NCBI RefSeq assembly: GCF_006345805.1
Contig: NC_043009.1
Span: 51,336,001 to 51,400,000, forward strand
DNA: 64,000 nucleotides
Source of the DNA: Octopus sinensis
Taxonomy: Eukaryota
Reading direction: 5' to 3'
A program made the translations under genes and the position numbers. Numbering within the stretch: position 1 is the first letter of the stretch; each line of letters opens with the position of its first letter. Shown here in pieces: positions 26,936-39,653 of the stretch. The notes under the pieces are model-generated. The model saw only the letters and a list, made by a program, of their open reading frames with translations, ran no database searches and was not told the origin of the DNA.

Positions 26936-27454
26936 TATTATATAATGAATCAATACCCTTTTAAAACTGCGAGATAAGTTCCTAATGTTACGTCACCTGT
27001 TATTTCTAGTATGACAAGTGTCAACGTGGATATCGACTGCTGTTTTAATAGCTGTTCAGATTTGTTGCTGCATCAACGGGTTTTATTGTATATTCCTCTC
27101 ATTTTTCTATATCAAATAGCATTTTATCATGTTTATTAAGCTTGCTCTTATTTACGTTACATTTCTGCATTTATATCTGATTATTTTTGTTACATTTATT
27201 TTCAATGAAACAAATAATCACCATCTACATTGAAAGGCTTCTGATCGATTTTCTACATTTCGTTTCTCTCATTGCTTTGACATATTTTACACTTAGGTTC
27301 TTCATTGTCCTTATGTTTATTTTTTTTTCTTTATTAGGCTTCTAATTCAATTTCGTATCTTCCATTTATTTCGTCTTCATTGACACCTCCTTCAGTTAGA
27401 ACTACTACCTCTACCACTGTTGATCCTGCCTATAACAACAACAGCAACAACAAC

Positions 27455-27690
27455 AAGAATTCTTTGTACTATGGGCACAAGGCCTGAATTTTTTTTTTTT
27501 TTCTTTTTGGAGTAGGGACTAGTCAATCCCTTCGACCCAAGTGTTTCACTGGTATTTAATTTATCGACCCCGCAAAGATGAAAGGCAAAGTTGTTGACCG
27601 CGGCAGAATTTGAACTAGGATCTTACAGACGGGCGAAATGCTGCTAAGCACCTTGTCCGACAAGCTAACGACTCTGCTAGCTCGCCGCCT
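27455..27690 (-). mobile_element. Family-A SINE
   Basis: Core atcgacccc..gatgaaaggcaaag..cggcagaatttgaac and head gctagctcgccgcc. Confidence 0.8.
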
Positions 27691-27709
27691 CAGAGATAAC
27701 AACAACAAA

Positions 27710-27905
27710 GTGGAAGCGCAATGGCCCAGTGGTTAGGGCAGCGGACCCGCGGTCATAAAAACGCGGTTTCGATTCCCAGACCGGACATTGTAATTGTTTA
27801 TTGAGCAAAAACACCTAAGTTCCTCGAGGCTCCGGCAGGCGAGGGTGGTGAACCCCTCTGTACTCTTTCACCACAACTTTCTCTCACTCTTTCTTCCTAC
27901 TTCTG
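27710..27905 (+). mobile_element. Family-C SINE, head and body
   Basis: gcgcaatggcccagtggttagggcagcgga (A-box), ggtttcgattccc (B-box). Confidence 0.85.
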
Positions 27906-28436
27906 TCACAAAGCAGAGGAACCATGGTGTAACTCACAATGGTGTGGTAAACTTTCAGACCCTGGTCAAGATTGCGAATCCTCTGTACCACTGGATGGTT
28001 CAGCTCTCCACCCGTTAAAAGCCACCGTTTACGGAATGAGGATAACAACGTAGCTTTCGCGCTCGTGCAACCGCCAGTCTATCGCGTGTGGTGGGTGGAT
28101 CTTCAAGTTGCCGTACGCATATTTAGTAGCCCAGAGTAGGCTCGAATTAGCGATTATTCTTTGTGGCTAATGCCGTGAGTCCTGATTGGAAGAAGAAGAC
28201 AACAACAAAAATAAAAACAACAATAGTTATACTTTCAAATTTTAGAGGAAGGTCTGCCAGTTCGGTGGTGGATGAACAAATCGATCACATCAACCTTCAG
28301 TGCTCAACTGGACAAAGTGCCACTAGGCATTTTGTCTGGTTGTGCGAAAGATTCGGCCTCAATGATAAAAACAACAAAATCCCCACTACCGTCACCATCA
28401 CCAACAACAACAACAACAACAATAGCAATAATAATA

Positions 28437-29110
28437 ATGGTTTCAAATTTTGGCTGAAGACCAGCAACTTCGGGGTAACAGGTGAAGTCAATTGCATCAA
28501 TCCCAGTGTTCAACTGGTACCTGTTTTATCGACCCCCGAAAGGATGAAAGCTAAACTCGGCCACGGCGGAATTTGAACTCAGAATGTAAAGACGAACTAC
28601 ATCTAGCTAGGCATTTTTCCCAGCGTGCTAACGGTTCTTATTACTTTATTGTCCACAAGGTGCTAAAACATAGAGGGGACAAACAAGGACAGACAAAGGG
28701 ATTACTTCGATTACATCGACCCCATAGAGCGTAATTATTGTTTAATTTATCGACCCCGAAAGGATGAAAGGCAAAATCGACCTTGGCGGAATTTGAGCTC
28801 AAAACGTAACGGCAAGCGAACTAACGCTAAACATTTCGCCCGGCGTGCTAACGTTTCTTATTTCTTTATTGCCCACAAGGGGCTAAACATAGGGGGGACA
28901 AACAAGGTCAGACAAACGGATTAAGCCGATTACATCGATCCCAGTGCGTAACTGGTACTTAATTTATCGACCCCGAAAGGATGAAAGGCAAAGTCGACCT
29001 CGGCGGAATTTGAACTCAGAACATAACGGCCGACCAAATACCGCTAAGCATTTCGCCCAGTGTGCTAACGTTTCTGTCAGCTGACGGTCTTAGTGCTAAC
29101 GGTTCTGCCA
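28437..29110 (-). mobile_element. Tandem array of three family-A SINE monomers
   Basis: Junctions gctaacg(g/t)ttc|ttatt.ctttattg at about 28637 and 28858. Confidence 0.9.
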
Positions 29111-29114
29111 AACG

Positions 29115-29292
29115 CAAAGAACCTTCTGACTACCATCAACATATGGGCTGTTGCTGTCATCTGCTATAGTGCAGCCATTCTCAAATGGACACGAGCTAAG
29201 ATTGACCGACTCGATCGCACTACCCTAAAAAGGGTGACAATGCATGGTGCCCTCCACCCTGAGGCGAACTTACATTGGCTGTACATGAAAAA
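29115..29292 (+). mobile_element. R4/Dong-type LINE internal fragment (RT thumb region)
   Basis: INIWAVAVICYSAAILKWTRAKIDRLDRTTLKRVTMHGALHPEANLHWLY resembles INTWAVPVIRYSAG..KW....LDRKTRK.MTMHGALHP...RLY. Confidence 0.8.
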
Positions 29293-29329
29293 GTATAAAA
29301 GTACCATCATAGCTATCACCAGCAAAACC

Positions 29330-30150
29330 ACTATCGTATCCTCATCCTCCTCTTCTTCTCCTTGTTCCACCTCCTCCTTCTCATCAATATCATCATCATC
29401 ACCAAGACGACTACCACTACCACAGCCATCAACTTCATCGTCATCATCATTATCATCATCATTACCATCAAATCCATCATCCTGATCTTTCTCCTCCTCC
29501 AGCCCCTGCCTTTTCTACTCCTTCGCCTCCTCCTCCTCCTCCCCTTCCAGCGCCTGCCCCGCCTTATCATCACCGTCATCATCGTCGTCTTCGTCGTCGT
29601 TGTCATCATCTTCATTATTGACCGTCCAACATAATCATAATGCTGTTCTCCTTCCTACCTGTGTAAGCCATCCTATCACCATCACCACCACCACCACAAC
29701 CCTACTAATCCACTCTACCAAATTAAGGCAATAATTATCAAACTGACATGGTGTCTAATTACTTTTATTGTTGTATTGTTTCTTGTTTTATTTGTTGCTG
29801 TTATTTGTTCTTCACTTGTTGATGTCGTTAATGCTGTCTTCATGTTGAAAATGATGATAGTGGTGATGGTGATGGTAATGATGATAATGATGGTGATGAT
29901 GATGACGACGACGACGACAGAGGCGATGATGTCGACAAACCCAACAAAGAGAACCTTGACCAAGTTGATAACAACGACGGTACTGTGTTGTAGTAACATG
30001 ATCATGATGGTGATGACAATGATAATGATGATAATGATGACGATGATGATGATGATGACGATGACGATGACAATGACGATGACGATAATTACGTTGATCA
30101 TAATAAAGACGATGATGATGACGATCATCATCATCATCAGCATCATCATT

Positions 30151-30209
<59 letters not shown>

Positions 30210-30369
30210 TATCGTATTTCTGTCGTTGCTGATGTTGTTGATGATGACGATGATTTGAACGACGCCGACGAGGAGCACACAGACTTGGTTGATAGTGGTA
30301 ATGGTTAACGACGATGATGTTAATGTCGATGATTATAATAAAAATTATGATGACCATGATGATGAACAC

Positions 30370-30416
<47 letters not shown>

Positions 30417-30424
30417 GAACACGA

Positions 30425-30521
<97 letters not shown>

Positions 30522-30601
30522 CATGATGGTGGTGGTGATGATGATGATGATGAACACGATGATGATGAAGATGATGATGATGATGGTGGTGGTGGTGGTG
30601 G

Positions 30602-30680
<79 letters not shown>

Positions 30681-30754
30681 CATGATGGTGGTGGTGATGA
30701 TGATGATGATGAACACGATGATGATGAAGATGATGATGATGATGGTGGTGGTGG

Positions 30755-30788
<34 letters not shown>

Positions 30789-30868
30789 CATGATGGTGGT
30801 GGTGATGATGATGATGATGAACACGATGATGATGAAGATGATGATGATGATGGTGGTGGTGGTGGTGG

Positions 30869-30918
<50 letters not shown>

Positions 30919-31027
30919 ATGATGATGATGATGAATGATGATGATGATCATGATGGTGGTGGTGATGATGATGATGATGACACGATGATGATGAAGATGA
31001 TGATGATGATGGTGGTGGTGGTGGTGG

Positions 31028-31069
<42 letters not shown>

Positions 31070-31133
31070 GATGATGATTATGATGATGATGAACCGATGA
31101 TGATGAAGATGATGATGATGATGGTGGTGGTGG

Positions 31134-31179
<46 letters not shown>

Positions 31180-31254
31180 ATGATGATGATGAAGATGATG
31201 ATATTGACGATGATGATGGTATTGATTTTAATGATGCTGCTGCTACTGATGATG

Positions 31255-31286
<32 letters not shown>

Positions 31287-31330
31287 GATGATCATGATGA
31301 TGATGAGAACGACGAGGAGAACGAAGACGA
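29330..31330. repeat. 2-kb compound (CAT/GAT/GGT)n field with higher-order repeats
   Basis: Directly visible; recurring gaacacg/gacacg and gatcat markers in 30361-31070. Confidence 0.95.
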
Positions 31331-31813
31331 CGACGACGATAATGAGGGTGGAAATTGTAAGTTAGTTAACTCGAAAGTAATGAATGAATTTAATAAAAAT
31401 CCTGATGATATTATTAATGAATTCATACTGATGCAATTTCTGCTGTTGCAATTGTGGTTGTTGTTGTTGTTGTTTATGTTGTTATTGTCGTTAGTTTAAT
31501 GTATTTTTAATGTTGTATCGTCTACGATGTCTAAACCTAGTTGGATCAAGATTAATATATTTTATTTATATTATTGTCTTTGTTGTTAGCCATAAACGAG
31601 CGAAGCTATGACCAAAGAGCTTCCAGTCACGACGATGTTAGCTAGTTTAAACTTCCTTTTGTTTCAAAAATTTAGTAGCAGATGATTTGATGGTGATTAG
31701 CCCGTTATCTCTATTAGATCGTGCGACGGTGTAATCACTAATTGAAATACTTCCTATATTCAAAATAACAAATTATTCTGTACATTCATTATCTTTGAGA
31801 ATATGTATGCGTA

Positions 31814-32222
31814 GGAGTGGCTGTGTGGTAAGTAGCTTGCTTACCAGCCACATGGTTCCGGGTTCTATTCTACTGCTTGGCACCTTGGGCAAGTGTTTTC
31901 TACTATAGCCTCGGGCCGACCAAAGCTTTGTGAGTGGATTTGGTAGAGAGAAACTGAAAGAAGCCTGTTGTATTTATATGTATATATATATATTTATAAG
32001 TATGTGTGTGTATTTGTTTGTGTGTCTGTGTTTGTCCCCACCCCACCCAACATCGGTTGACAACTGATGGTGGTGTGTTTATGTCCCCATACCTTAGCGG
32101 TTCCGCAAAAGAGACCGATAGAATAAGTACTAGGCTTACAAAGAATAAATCCTGGGGTCGACTAAAGGCGGTGCGCCAGAATGACCACAATCAAATGGCT
32201 GAAACAAGTAAGAAGTAAGAAG
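31814..32222 (+). mobile_element. Family-B SINE, full length
   Basis: ggagtggctgtgtggtaagtagcttgctt...gaaacaagtaagaag. Confidence 0.9.
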
Positions 32223-32229
32223 AAAAAAG

Positions 32230-32700
32230 GAAAGTATCTATTACATTTAATCCAGACGCTTTTGATTTATTATTTCCTACTTCAACTTCTATACTTGATA
32301 TTGGCACATTTTATATTTGTCTGGTTTTGAGTATGAGCCCTGCTTTATTTCTTTCTAAGAACCCTTGCTTTCTCGCCTTCATTCAGATTTTAGAATCTTC
32401 CACAACATTGTCCGCTAAGATTATATATTTTAACCATTCTATTCAGTAATGACGATCACACAATTGTATATACTTCTTTGCACACCTGTTACAATATCAA
32501 TCTGCAAAAATAAAAATGTCGGGAAATTTAATCCTGTTTTATTTTTATTTCATTTCATAGACGTCAGCTCTCACAAAATTCAGAACTTGTTTGGCTCAAA
32601 CGAAAGACATCATCTAGTGTGTAGGTTTCTTTGTATCTTGTATAAGATGTCTGCGCATTGTATTATTGTTTAATTTATTTCATTTGTTTTATAGCCAAGT
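32230..32700 (-). mobile_element. Possible Penelope-like RT-thumb/linker fossil
   Basis: ADILYK (about TDIYYK); 32612-32683 is repeated at 34524-34594. Confidence 0.3.
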
Positions 32701-32768
32701 GATCAGTCATCGTTTCAGTAATTATTAAATAGAAATATTTTGAAAATAAATTATAGTTGATCAAGAGC

Positions 32769-32819
<51 letters not shown>

Positions 32820-32928
32820 ATGACATGAATCTCAACCAAAATAAAGGAATGAATTATTCACTCAGAAATAAATAAGCATGTTGTTAATCTGAGCCGAGAT
32901 AATAAGATCAAAAGATAATCCGGAATCG

Positions 32929-33330
32929 GCGAGCTAGCAGAGACGTTAGCACGCCGGGCAAAATGCGTAGCCGTGTTTCGTCTGCTGCTACGTTCTGAGT
33001 TCAAATTCCGCTGAGGTCGACTTTGCCTTTCATCCTTTCGGGGTTGATAAATTAAGTACCAGTTACGCACTGGGGTCGATATAATCGACTTAATTCATTT
33101 GTCTGTCCCCTCTGTGTTTAGCCCCTTGTGGGTAGTAAAGAAATAGGTATTCACCTGTCTTTATGTTCTGAGTTCAAATTCCGCCGAGGTCGACTTTGCC
33201 TTTCATCCTTTCGAGGCCGATAAATTAAGTACCAGTTACGCACTGGAGTCGATGGAATCAACTTAATCCGTTTGTCTGTCCTTGTTTGTCCCCTCTGTGT
33301 TTAGCCCCTTGTGGGTAGTAAAGAAATAGG
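32929..33330 (+). mobile_element. Family-A SINE dimer flanked by 11-bp direct repeat
   Basis: atccggaatcg at 32918-32928 and 33333-33343; internal junction aaagaaatag|gtattc. Confidence 0.92.
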
Positions 33331-33546
33331 TGATCCGGAATCGCTAACGCCACCTCAACGCCACTTTTTTTTCTTTCATTAACATTGTGAAGAATAATGG
33401 CAGCAATTTCTCCACGGAGAGTGATTAAATTCGGTGGCGGAAGGAAATGTTTAAGAGATCTAGAGGGAAAACCCTAACTTATAATACAATGGTAATATTG
33501 ATGGCCTCTCCCATTGAAGAAGAACCTATGAGCGTTCGGTTTTTAC

Positions 33547-33786
33547 CGAACGACCTGCACAAATGATTTGCTTATAGTGGCCAAATGCTCGTGCCGCACA
33601 TTAGCTCACTCTCTCCATCAAATGCACATTGTCTGGACAGATGTACAGTGTACCACGTATCAGGTGTCAAAGTGATCGCAGAACAGCGCGAGATGAAGTA
33701 TTTTGCTCAAGAACGCAACGCACCACTCAGTCTACGAATTGAAAGCATGATCGCTGGATCGCGAGTGCAACACCCTTACCATTAAG
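33547..33786 (-). mobile_element. Family-D tRNA-head SINE
   Basis: Homologous to 53765-54018 (tgatcgcaga..gaag..tttgctcaagaac..gagtgcaaca). Confidence 0.7.
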
Positions 33787-33789
33787 TCA

Positions 33790-33964
33790 TGATGGTGTTA
33801 ATGATGATAATGATGATAATGATGATGATAATGATGATGATAATGTTAATGATGATAATGATAATGATAATGATAATGATGATAATGATAATGATGGTAA
33901 TTATGATAATGATGATAATGATGATGATGATGATGATGACGATGATGATGATGATGATGATGAC

Positions 33965-34028
<64 letters not shown>

Positions 34029-34055
34029 GTGATGGTGGTGGTGATGATGATGATC
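33790..34055. repeat. (GATAAT)n/(GAT)n microsatellite
   Basis: Directly visible. Confidence 0.95.
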
Positions 34056-34191
34056 GACCCTAATACATATAGTTTTACACCTGGTATACATATTCTATCG
34101 GAAACCTTTCCAGAAACACAAACATACTGGACGCACAAAAGCAGCCACCGGTTGTCAAGCTATTGGTGGACGACACACACACTCATATATA

Positions 34192-34228
<37 letters not shown>

Positions 34229-34247
34229 ATACATATATAAATATATA

Positions 34248-34295
<48 letters not shown>

Positions 34296-34297
34296 AT

Positions 34298-34374
<77 letters not shown>

Positions 34375-34599
34375 TACTGTTTCTAGACCTGTGTAGTTAC
34401 ATCTTGCAGCAGAAGAGATGTTGAAGTGTATTGTTGCACCGTTATAATAGACAAGGCCATTTTGATTGTTGAAGTTATTCCCGAGGGTCTGTGAATTTTT
34501 ACTGTTAGAATTATAAGTCGGCTATCTAGTGTATAGGTTTCTTTGTATCTTGTATAAGTTGTCTGCGCATGTACTGTTGCTTCATTTATTTCATAGTCA

Positions 34600-35130
34600 A
34601 GACCGAGAGAAACATGACAGAAATACAACGCAACAAATTCTTCAGATACAAAAGTATAATATTCATAGTTAAATGTTCTATTGATAAATATATTATCAAC
34701 ATCCTCAGGAGGAAGTATACAAATAGAATTACACTACACTTTAAGATACCATAAAAAATATTCTTAAACAACATATATAAAAAAAATGTTTATAAATATA
34801 ACGAAAGAACATAATCCAACGAGTAAATAAGAAAAGAATAATAATATTTATGAATTCAGTTGCATATGGGAAAGAATTTATCACGTTGTTATATAGGCCA
34901 AACATGTACAACACTCAGTGCTAACTATCTACGCATTTACAACAAGAAGCACAGTTTAAATCCACTACATAAGAGCAGCACGAATTTTATCACTATAGAA
35001 ACAGCGCTAGGTTTGTGTGTAACATACTTATAACCTAGTCAACTACTACACGATGTACAAGATAATAGTGAAGGAAGCCATAATGATGAAACAACTCTTA
35101 AAACAACGTGAGAGGCAATATAGGCGACTA
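34600..35130 (+). mobile_element. Penelope-like GIY-YIG endonuclease fossil
   Basis: NIYEFSC (34843) ... CYIGQTCTTLS (34887, frameshifted) ... IVKEAIMMK: the VIY-YIG-E pattern of PLE endonucleases. Confidence 0.55.
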
Positions 35131-35428
35131 AGAAACAAAGAATTTGAAGATATATACCTGGTAAATTTAATGAAATTCTAAAGTTCAACATTTATTAAAT
35201 TATAAATATTGGCAAAATATATTAGAATTAGAAAACTAAACAACGGGCACTGGAACGTTGTATTTTCCGAACAGAGCACAACGGAATATGTATGTATGTA
35301 TGTATGTATGTTTGGTATGTTTGTATGTATGCATGTATGTAAGTATGTATGTGTGTATGTATATATGTATATATATATACATATATATATATGTGTGTAT
35401 ATATATATACATATACACACACACACAT

Positions 35429-35488
<60 letters not shown>

Positions 35489-36038
35489 CTTCATGTCGGT
35501 GCTCCAGCATGCCCGCAGTCAAATGACTGAAACACTTAAAGGAAAAAAAAGAATATATACATGTGTTTGTGTGTGTATACACATACACTATCTATATATG
35601 AAAAGAGAGAGAAAATGAAGGATAGACATATGCATACACACACATGTATACATAAACATGAATATAAATACACAAAGATTTATATACACACAAACCTACA
35701 CGCACTCACGCATATTCTCACATATATTTAGTTCTTCTCCCTGATACTCCACTCCGTTTAATGCTTTCACTCTACGCGCATATAGATATATGCGACAAAG
35801 TATTAGTATGTTTACGTGAATGTGTCACAATAAAGATTTCAAGGAAACACGATCATTTTCGTCACTAATTGAATATTTCTGGAAACAATGTAAATGGCTC
35901 TTGACACTAATCTGTTTAAAAATGAACGCCCAGCAGAGGGTTAATATATTTTAATAATGTACAGTGACATCCTTACACACATACATACATACATAGGAGT
36001 ATATTTACACACATACAATATATATATATATATATATA

Positions 36039-36111
<73 letters not shown>

Positions 36112-36139
36112 ATATTATATATATATATATATTATATAT

Positions 36140-36174
<35 letters not shown>

Positions 36175-36445
36175 TATATAATATATATATATATATATAT
36201 ATATCCATGGATACATATACCTCTGTGTGTTCTACGTAAGCGTCTAAAGAAATTGGTACAAGGGCAATTTTAAGTAAAATAATCAATATAAAAATAAATA
36301 GAGAGATATTAAAATAATGATTCTGACAAGATATATCGTGTTTCCATCACTTTAAAACTCATCCTAAAAACTAATTCCAAATATATTGAAAACGGCTCTG
36401 TATTATATGTGTGTGTGTGTGTCTGTGTGCGTACGAACGTGATGT

Positions 36446-36843
36446 GGAGTGGTTGTGTGGTAAGTAGCTTGCTTACGAACCACATGGTTCCGGGTTCAGG
36501 GTTCAGTCCCACTGCGTGGAAACTTGGGCAGGTGTCTTCTACTATAGCCTCGGGCTGACTGAAGTCTTGTGAGTGGATTTGGTAGGCAGAAACTGAAAGA
36601 AGCCCGTCGTATATATATATGTGCGTGTATGTGTTTGTGTATCTGTGTTTGTCTCCCCAACATCACTTGACAACCGATGCTGGTGTGTTTACGTCCCCGT
36701 AAATTTGCGGTTCGGCAAAAGACACCGATAGAATAAGAACTAGGCTTACAAAGAATAAGTCCTGGGGTCAGTTTGCTCGACTAAAGGTGGTGCTCCAGCA
36801 TGGCCGCAGTCAAATGACTGAAACAACTTAAAGAGTAAAAGAA
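36446..36843 (+). mobile_element. Family-B SINE, full length
   Basis: Same structure as 31814; internal gggttca duplication. Confidence 0.9.
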
Positions 36844-36933
36844 TAATATAAATAATATATAAATATATGCATATATACATACATATATGTACCTACCGAC
36901 ATATATATGTATATATATATATATACGCATATA

Positions 36934-37075
36934 TGGGTACAGGACATAAAAAAACGTTGAACACAATAAGAAACGAAAACATTAAAACAAAACAATAGAA
37001 ATGAGACATGCAACCTAAAGAATAATACCCCTTCTTCAGTTGCTCCTGTTTCATGTACTCAGCGTTCCGAAGGCA
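36934..37075 (-). repeat. Family-P dispersed repeat
   Basis: Minus strand caactgaagaagg..ttcttta.gttg..tgtcctgtaccca-(TA)n, as at 52538-52680 and 730-810. Confidence 0.55.
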
Positions 37076-37076
37076 A

Positions 37077-37114
<38 letters not shown>

Positions 37115-37712
37115 AATACTTTATACATTCAATTCCTTGTGTGTTTATACAAATCATACTCTGATTGTGTTCAGTTACAAGTGGCTTAGTATTTGAGTAC
37201 ATTTGTGTACATTTATGATTTTGTCTGTATGTGCAGATTCGTGGTCGCTTACTACTCTCTTAATATTGTCTGCCTTAATTATTTTTCCCTATATATTGAA
37301 ATAGGCTATATCTCAAAACGCCAGATTATTTAATGCTATTTTCATGGTCGCGCCTATTCCTATTTACACTTCATTTCTTTTAATTTGCACTTCTATCGCT
37401 CCGCAATGGTACATCCTCTCATTCTTTTGTTTCTCTCTACATGTTTTTCTATTTTCTCATCAATACAACATAGTCTAACATGATGTATCAGAGTACTATT
37501 TGTTTACATGCATTTGTTGTAAGAGAAGCACTCTCTTTATTAAGATTAGATGAAGTTTAGAACCGTAAATATAGTCGATATATCTGTTTCGAATAATATT
37601 CAGATTATGTGGTTTGATCAACTTTAATACCTTTATAAAGTATTATCATAAGAGATACATGCGTGAATATATATACACAAAAATACAGACATGCATACAT
37701 ACATATGTACAT

Positions 37713-37772
<60 letters not shown>

Positions 37773-37774
37773 AC

Positions 37775-37985
37775 GTTAATCCAAACATGAAAACACCAAG
37801 AGAAAACACAACAACGCGAGGACGTGGAACAAATATAGTATTATTGGACGCTTAGGAAGAACGGGAAGAAGGAGGGTTTTACGTTTCGAGCGGAGCTCTT
37901 CGTCAGAAACATAGGAAAAGGAAAGATCCAGAAGAGGGAAGACGGAGGAAAAAATCGCCAACGGTACACACGCGGTCACATTTTG
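37775..37985 (-). mobile_element. Penelope/retrozyme-type ~210-bp repeat carrying a hammerhead
   Basis: Discrete non-microsatellite unit between (TA)n and TG/TA tracts, containing the ribozyme at 37876-37910. Confidence 0.6.
37876..37910 (-). ncRNA. Minimal type-I hammerhead ribozyme
   Basis: Minus strand GTTT-CTGACGA-A-GAGC-tcc-GCTC-GAAAC-GTA-AAAC: full core, 4-bp stem I, 4-bp stem II, palindromic ACGT stem III, GUA cleavage triplet. Confidence 0.8.
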
Positions 37986-38177
37986 AATGTATATATGTGT
38001 GTGCGTGTATAGGTAGATCGATCGATAGATAGATAGATGTATATACGTAATGATAGAAGCACGCGTTTATGTTATATGTATATAATATATAGATATATAT
38101 ATATATACAAATTTGCATATACATTTACACATAGGAACGTGTGTATATTTATATAAATTAATAGTTATATATATATT

Positions 38178-38229
<52 letters not shown>

Positions 38230-38566
38230 CTCATATTTTTATGTTTATGACATATATATTCACGCACTCCCATAAAGTCACGTATATACGCAGATACGCG
38301 TACAGACACACGCACAGACACATATATATTTAACACAAATATCTGAGATTCCTCTGTCAATATATGTTGTGAAATTCCTTTCCTTGTTAAGAAACATCAG
38401 TTTATATATTTATTTTTCTATCTATGTTTCCTGTTTTTAAGATTAAATTGAACCTTGTTAAAAATTGTCTTTAATCCCGTTTTTGGTTGCTGAACTGTCA
38501 TATATAATCCCCGGGGATTAAACAAGACAAAATGCAATAAAAACAATTTATGATAATAATAATAAT

Positions 38567-38604
<38 letters not shown>

Positions 38605-39334
38605 TAATAATAATAATAATGTAAGAAATGACTCTTGTCAGAAAATGAGGTGAATATTTAAGATTTGTAGAAAATGACAGTGTAATTAAATGTGAACTGA
38701 CTTGAAAATTCTTCTTCCATATGAAATAATGATTGTTAACAAGCAATTACATTTCGAAGCTCGAGGTGTATTGGCACCTTGTTAGAGCGTTGAACGAAAG
38801 GTTTACCGGAGTTTTTTTGTGGTGCTATAGATTATGTGTTCGAAACTGTCGTGATCAAATTTACATTTTATTCTTCCAGATGCTATATAGCAATCGACAA
38901 TTACTAGAATTTCTCTGAAATGTCTAGTCTCAACCTATGTTACAAAACCGAGGGTCAGTGGCTTGCCAGAATCATCAGTATTAAATAATGTTTCTATACT
39001 TTCTAAGTTGAAATCCCATCATGGTCAATTTTATTTTTTTATTCCTCTGGAAAGATAAAGTAAGGTGCCAATCTTTTATTCGTTTCAGTCATAAATAACC
39101 ACGTTTCCTAAAAATTCATGGACTACTACCAAAATTTGATGTGGTTTGTAGTTTTTACCGATCAGCTGTTTTCGAGTGGTTTTACCAAAAAACAGTTTTC
39201 GCATGTATTATGGGGCCAAGACCGAATTTGGGATTACACAATCGTCCTTCTTTAATAGAGATGGTGAGGCAGTATTCTATGTTATTTTGGCCATAATACA
39301 AAATGTTGTGTGGCGGAAGGGACTGAAAGGATAT

Positions 39335-39653
39335 TGTTTGTTTGTTTGTTTGTTCCCTCTCGAGCCATGGCTGACTCTTAAGGACCGGTTTCCCGGTTTC
39401 CTTGGCGTATAGGTTCCCCATCTGGACGCGACGCCGGTCCGTCGTAGGTGAGCTGCAAGATGCAGGAGGAAAGAGTGAGAGAAAGATATGGTGAAAGAGT
39501 CAGCAGAAGTCCACCATTACCTTCTGCCGGAGCCGCGTGGAGCTTAGGTGTTTCGCTGATAAACACACACACACATCACCCGGTCTGAGATTCGAATCCA
39601 CGATCCCTCGTCTGCGAGTCCGCTGCTCTAACCACTAGGCCATGTGCCTCCAC
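39335..39653 (-). mobile_element. Family-C SINE, tail type 3, ending in (AAAC)n
   Basis: A-box tggcctagtggttag, B-box ggattcgaatc, tail gacggaccggcgtcgcgtccag...ggaaaccgg. Confidence 0.88.

Noticed and set aside
27710-27790. tRNA-like sequence with A and B boxes (also other SINE heads)
   Set aside because: No complete cloverleaf, and each continues into a SINE body, so not a tRNA gene.
29812-30951. 379-aa poly-His ORF and overlapping poly-Met/Ile/Asp ORFs
   Set aside because: Several frames are open only because the (GAT/GGT)n tract lacks stops; no complex sequence.
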